From Octopus vulgaris (Eukaryota): a stretch of DNA of 20,008 bases. Below the pieces are notes generated by a model, which searched no databases, was not told the origin of the DNA, and saw only the letters and a list, made by a program, of their open reading frames with translations. The translations under genes were made by a program, and so were the position numbers. This document shows, in pieces, positions 16,675 to 20,008 of this stretch. The stretch is taken from assembly GCA_951406725.2 (NCBI GenBank), contig CATOCA020000045.1, positions 1 through 20,008 on the forward strand, written 5' to 3'. Positions within the stretch are counted from its first letter, which is position 1. Each line of letters starts with the position of its first letter.

Positions 16675-16696
16675 TTGGTTCTGGATGCTTTCTTCA

Positions 16697-17339
<643 letters not shown>

Positions 17340-17533
17340 AACTTTACTTTGCACATGTTATTCCCCAAATTAAAACGCATTCAAAATTAGTATGCCATGT
17401 AAATTTATTTTTATCATTTTTATCATTTTGATAGATCGCTTTTCTGTCTTTTCTTTTCATTCTTCATTACACTTAGTTCCATTTTTCTTTTTTATCGAAA
17501 AAGAGAAACTATTCCAACAAAACTTACAACTTC

Positions 17534-19082
17534 TCAGATGTATATTATGGCATATCTTTCCCGCCTACGCTCCAGGGAATATAATTTTAATCTCTTGAGT
17601 CTTTCCCAGTAGCTTACATTCTGCATAGAGGCTATCTTCTTTGTGTAGCTTCGTTGGATCGCCTCAAGTTCTGTGATCAACTTGACACTGGATGGTGACC
17701 ATAGCTGAGAGCAATAGTCAAAGTGGCTTAGGACAAGTGTCTTCCAGAGGACCATCATGGTTTCTTGTTCTCTTGTTCTAAAGGTTCTAAGAATCCATCC
17801 AGCCAGCCGTCTACATTTCATTGTCAGTTTAGCAACATGTACATGAAAGGTCGCGTCATCACTCATGTGAATACCCAGGTCACGCACTGATTGTGCCTCT
17901 GGGATTGCAATCCCTCCGGGTCCAGTGTATTCATTGGGTATTGCATTCAGTTTTGCATGCTGATAGTATAAAGCTTGAAACTTTCCAGCATTGAACTGCA
18001 TGCTATTCTTTTCAGCCCACTTGTATATTTCGTCCAGCTCACATTGCAGGTGTTTAGTGTCCTCAGGGTTCTGTATTGCCTGTGAAACTTTTGTATCATC
18101 TGCATAACTTGTGATCGTGGCTCTCTGCGTGGCTGAGGGCATGTCTGAGAGGGCCATTATGAACAGTAGTGGTCCCAGAACAGTGCCCTGCGGAACACCG
18201 CTCACTATTTGCGTGTTAATGGAGGTGGCCCCATTGGCTACTACCACCTGACTTCTATTCCTTCAGAAAGTCATGAAGCCATTCTCCCAGTTTTCCAACT
18301 ATGTTGAGATCACGCAGTTTGTGACATATCATTCCATGATCGACTTTATCAAAGGCCTTTGCAAAGTCGAGATATATCACTTCCACATTTGAGTGGTTGA
18401 GCAGCCGTTTCAGCACCCAGTCATAGTGTTGTAGGAGCTGAGTTAAACAGCTTCTCCCTGGTCGGAAACCATGTTGGGTGTCGGGCAGCAAGTCATTCTC
18501 TTCAAGGAAGGTGATCAGCTTCCTTCTGACTATTCGTTCCATGACCTTGCTGATGTGTGAGGTCAGAGAGATAGGTCTATAGTTCTTGGCTTCCGCTCTG
18601 CTACCTCCTTTATGAATAGGGCATATTTTACCTTCCTTCAGTTTTCCTGGAAGTTTGCCAGCTGCAAGGAAGCTCTGAAAGAGGAACTGCAGTGGTCTTG
18701 CTAGGACTCTCTTACATGTTTTAGGAGGATTGCCGGGAATCCATCGGGGCCAGTAGCTGAGTCTGTTTTCATTTCATCTATAGCCTTGGTTACATCGTCT
18801 TCCTTTATATCGATGTAACTTATCGTCGCCGCCTCTGATTTTATATCTGCAGTGGTAAAAATGTCAGTTGGATTGGTGATTTGGAGATGCCCAAGGGGTG
18901 GAGTGAAAACACTCTTGAATTGCTCATTCAGTATTTCACTTACCCTCATTGGTTTTCCTGTAAGTGTGCCATCCTTTTCAAGGAGTGGCCCTATTCTACA
19001 GTGCACTGTAGCTGTTTCTTTGGCATACCTGTGAGAAAGCTCTGGGGTTAGTTTTTATGTTGTCTATAGCAGGCTTCTTTCA
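17534..19082 (-). mobile_element. Degenerate internal fragment of a third CR1-group LINE family (C), RT region only
   Basis: ORF pieces 18701-19006, 18255-18542 and 17534-18247 carry [34 protein letters not shown] and SLERRRERY. Frameshifts lie near 18258 and 18718. It breaks off after YAIIYI with no 3' tail and starts near KEA..IDNIKTNP. Confidence 0.94.
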
Positions 19083-19426
19083 CCAAATCGACTCCAGGAC
19101 TTATTCTTTGTAAGCCTAGTACTTATTCTATCGGTCTGTTTTGCCGAACCGCTAAGTTACGGGGACGTAAACTCACCAGCATCGGTTGTCAAGCGATGTT
19201 GGGAAGACAAACACAGACACACAAACACACACACACACACACACATATATACATATACATATATGACAGGCTTCTTTCAGTTTCCGTCTACCAAACCCAC
19301 TCACAAGGCTTCGGTCGGCCCGAGGCTATAGTAGAAGACACTTGCCCAAAGTGCCATGCAGTGGGACTGAACCCGGGACTATGTGGTTGGTAAGCAAGCT
19401 ACTTACCACACAGCCACTCCTACGCC
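19083..19426 (-). mobile_element. tRNA-derived SINE with CORE-like segment and internal (TG)n; 3' end apparently missing (resembles octopus SINE families)
   Basis: The minus strand begins GGCGTAGGAGTGGCTGTGTGGTAAG...GGTTCAGTCCC (A and B boxes), then TTGGGCAAGTG (CORE-like) and an internal CA/TG repeat at about 19211-19264. The family assignment is from recollection, not a search. Confidence 0.85.
19363..19416 (-). promoter_or_regulatory. RNA Pol III type-2 internal promoter of the SINE
   Basis: A box TGGCTGTGTGG (19416-19406) and B box GGTTCAGTCCC (19373-19363) at tRNA-like spacing. Confidence 0.8.
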
Positions 19427-19595
19427 TATGTTTAATAGTTTAATTTATGAAGGCTTTTAACATTTCTTGTCCTTCATCTTGGAATTTATCAGTTTCGTTT
19501 CGTGTTTCTTTTTTTAAATTCTCACATTTCTTCCAATCTTGCAACAACTTCGATTTCTTCCAAGACTGTTGCGAATTTGAAATGAAATTTATTCA

Positions 19596-19658
19596 GTTAT
19601 TGTTGTTGTTGCTGTTGTTGTTGTCATTATCGTCGTTGTCGTCGATGCCGTTGTTGTT
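19596..19658. repeat. Imperfect (TTG)n/(TCG)n trinucleotide repeat
   Basis: Directly visible gttattgttgttgttgctgttgttgttgtc...gtcgtcgatgccgttgttgtt. Confidence 0.85.
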
Positions 19659-20008
19659 CAATGTATTATTTTTTTTAGCTGTCTTTGATATTCTTATTAT
19701 TTATCTTTTTTTTTGCTGTTGTTATTTAACGAAACCCCCCACCCCACTGTTAGTAAAGCCAAGGACGTTTCCGCTGTGATTATTCCATCTTTTAAGGTAT
19801 AATATATCTAAGGCCTCCTTCGCTATTTATCACAATACGATATGATTTGATTGCTATTTAGCTATTATGTTTATTATGCTTCATTGAGGTTAACGCTTGT
19901 CATAATGAAAGCAAGGGTGTTGATTGAGACAGGGCTTCCTTTTGGGTGGAAGTTGTAGATTTATTCCAGTCGAAAGTGTTGTTTTTATTACTGACGCAGC
20001 TTAGATTT

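Noticed and set aside
19350-19426. tRNA gene
   Set aside because: A and B boxes are present, but there is no complete cloverleaf or acceptor stem and the sequence continues into a CORE-like SINE body.
19440-19780. Possible host exon or ORF (19447-19779 +; or a minus-strand segment after ...TTCGCAACAG near 19566)
   Set aside because: Low-complexity and trinucleotide-driven, with no recognisable domain. The splice signals are weak and unsupported without transcript data.

Overview
Eukaryotic (animal) repeat-rich DNA with no recognisable host gene. The tRNA/CORE-type SINE and the microsatellite style suggest an octopus or other coleoid cephalopod, which is an inference. About 6 kb of (TA)n-type microsatellite is interleaved with five pieces of CR1-group (APE endonuclease + reverse transcriptase) non-LTR retrotransposons from at least three diverged families. 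These are a 5'-truncated 3' stub (908-1139, +), a 3.7-kb element with a few lesions (A1, 1464-5162, -), a near-identical 5'-truncated copy in inverted orientation (A2, 6614-9415, +), an apparently intact 3.7-kb element (B, 13014-16696, -), and a degenerate internal fragment (C, 17534-19082, -) fused to a SINE (19083-19426, -). The most notable pattern is a possibly (TA)n-targeted, very compact LINE lineage. All 8 ends of the four tailed copies abut TA repeats. The two long elements have almost no 5'UTR, a ~210-aa ORF1 with one C-x7-C-x8-C-x3-H zinc finger, an ORF1/ORF2 overlap with candidate -1 frameshift sites, and a covarying double-hairpin 3' tail. All IY-repeat ORFs in the ORF track are microsatellite artefacts.
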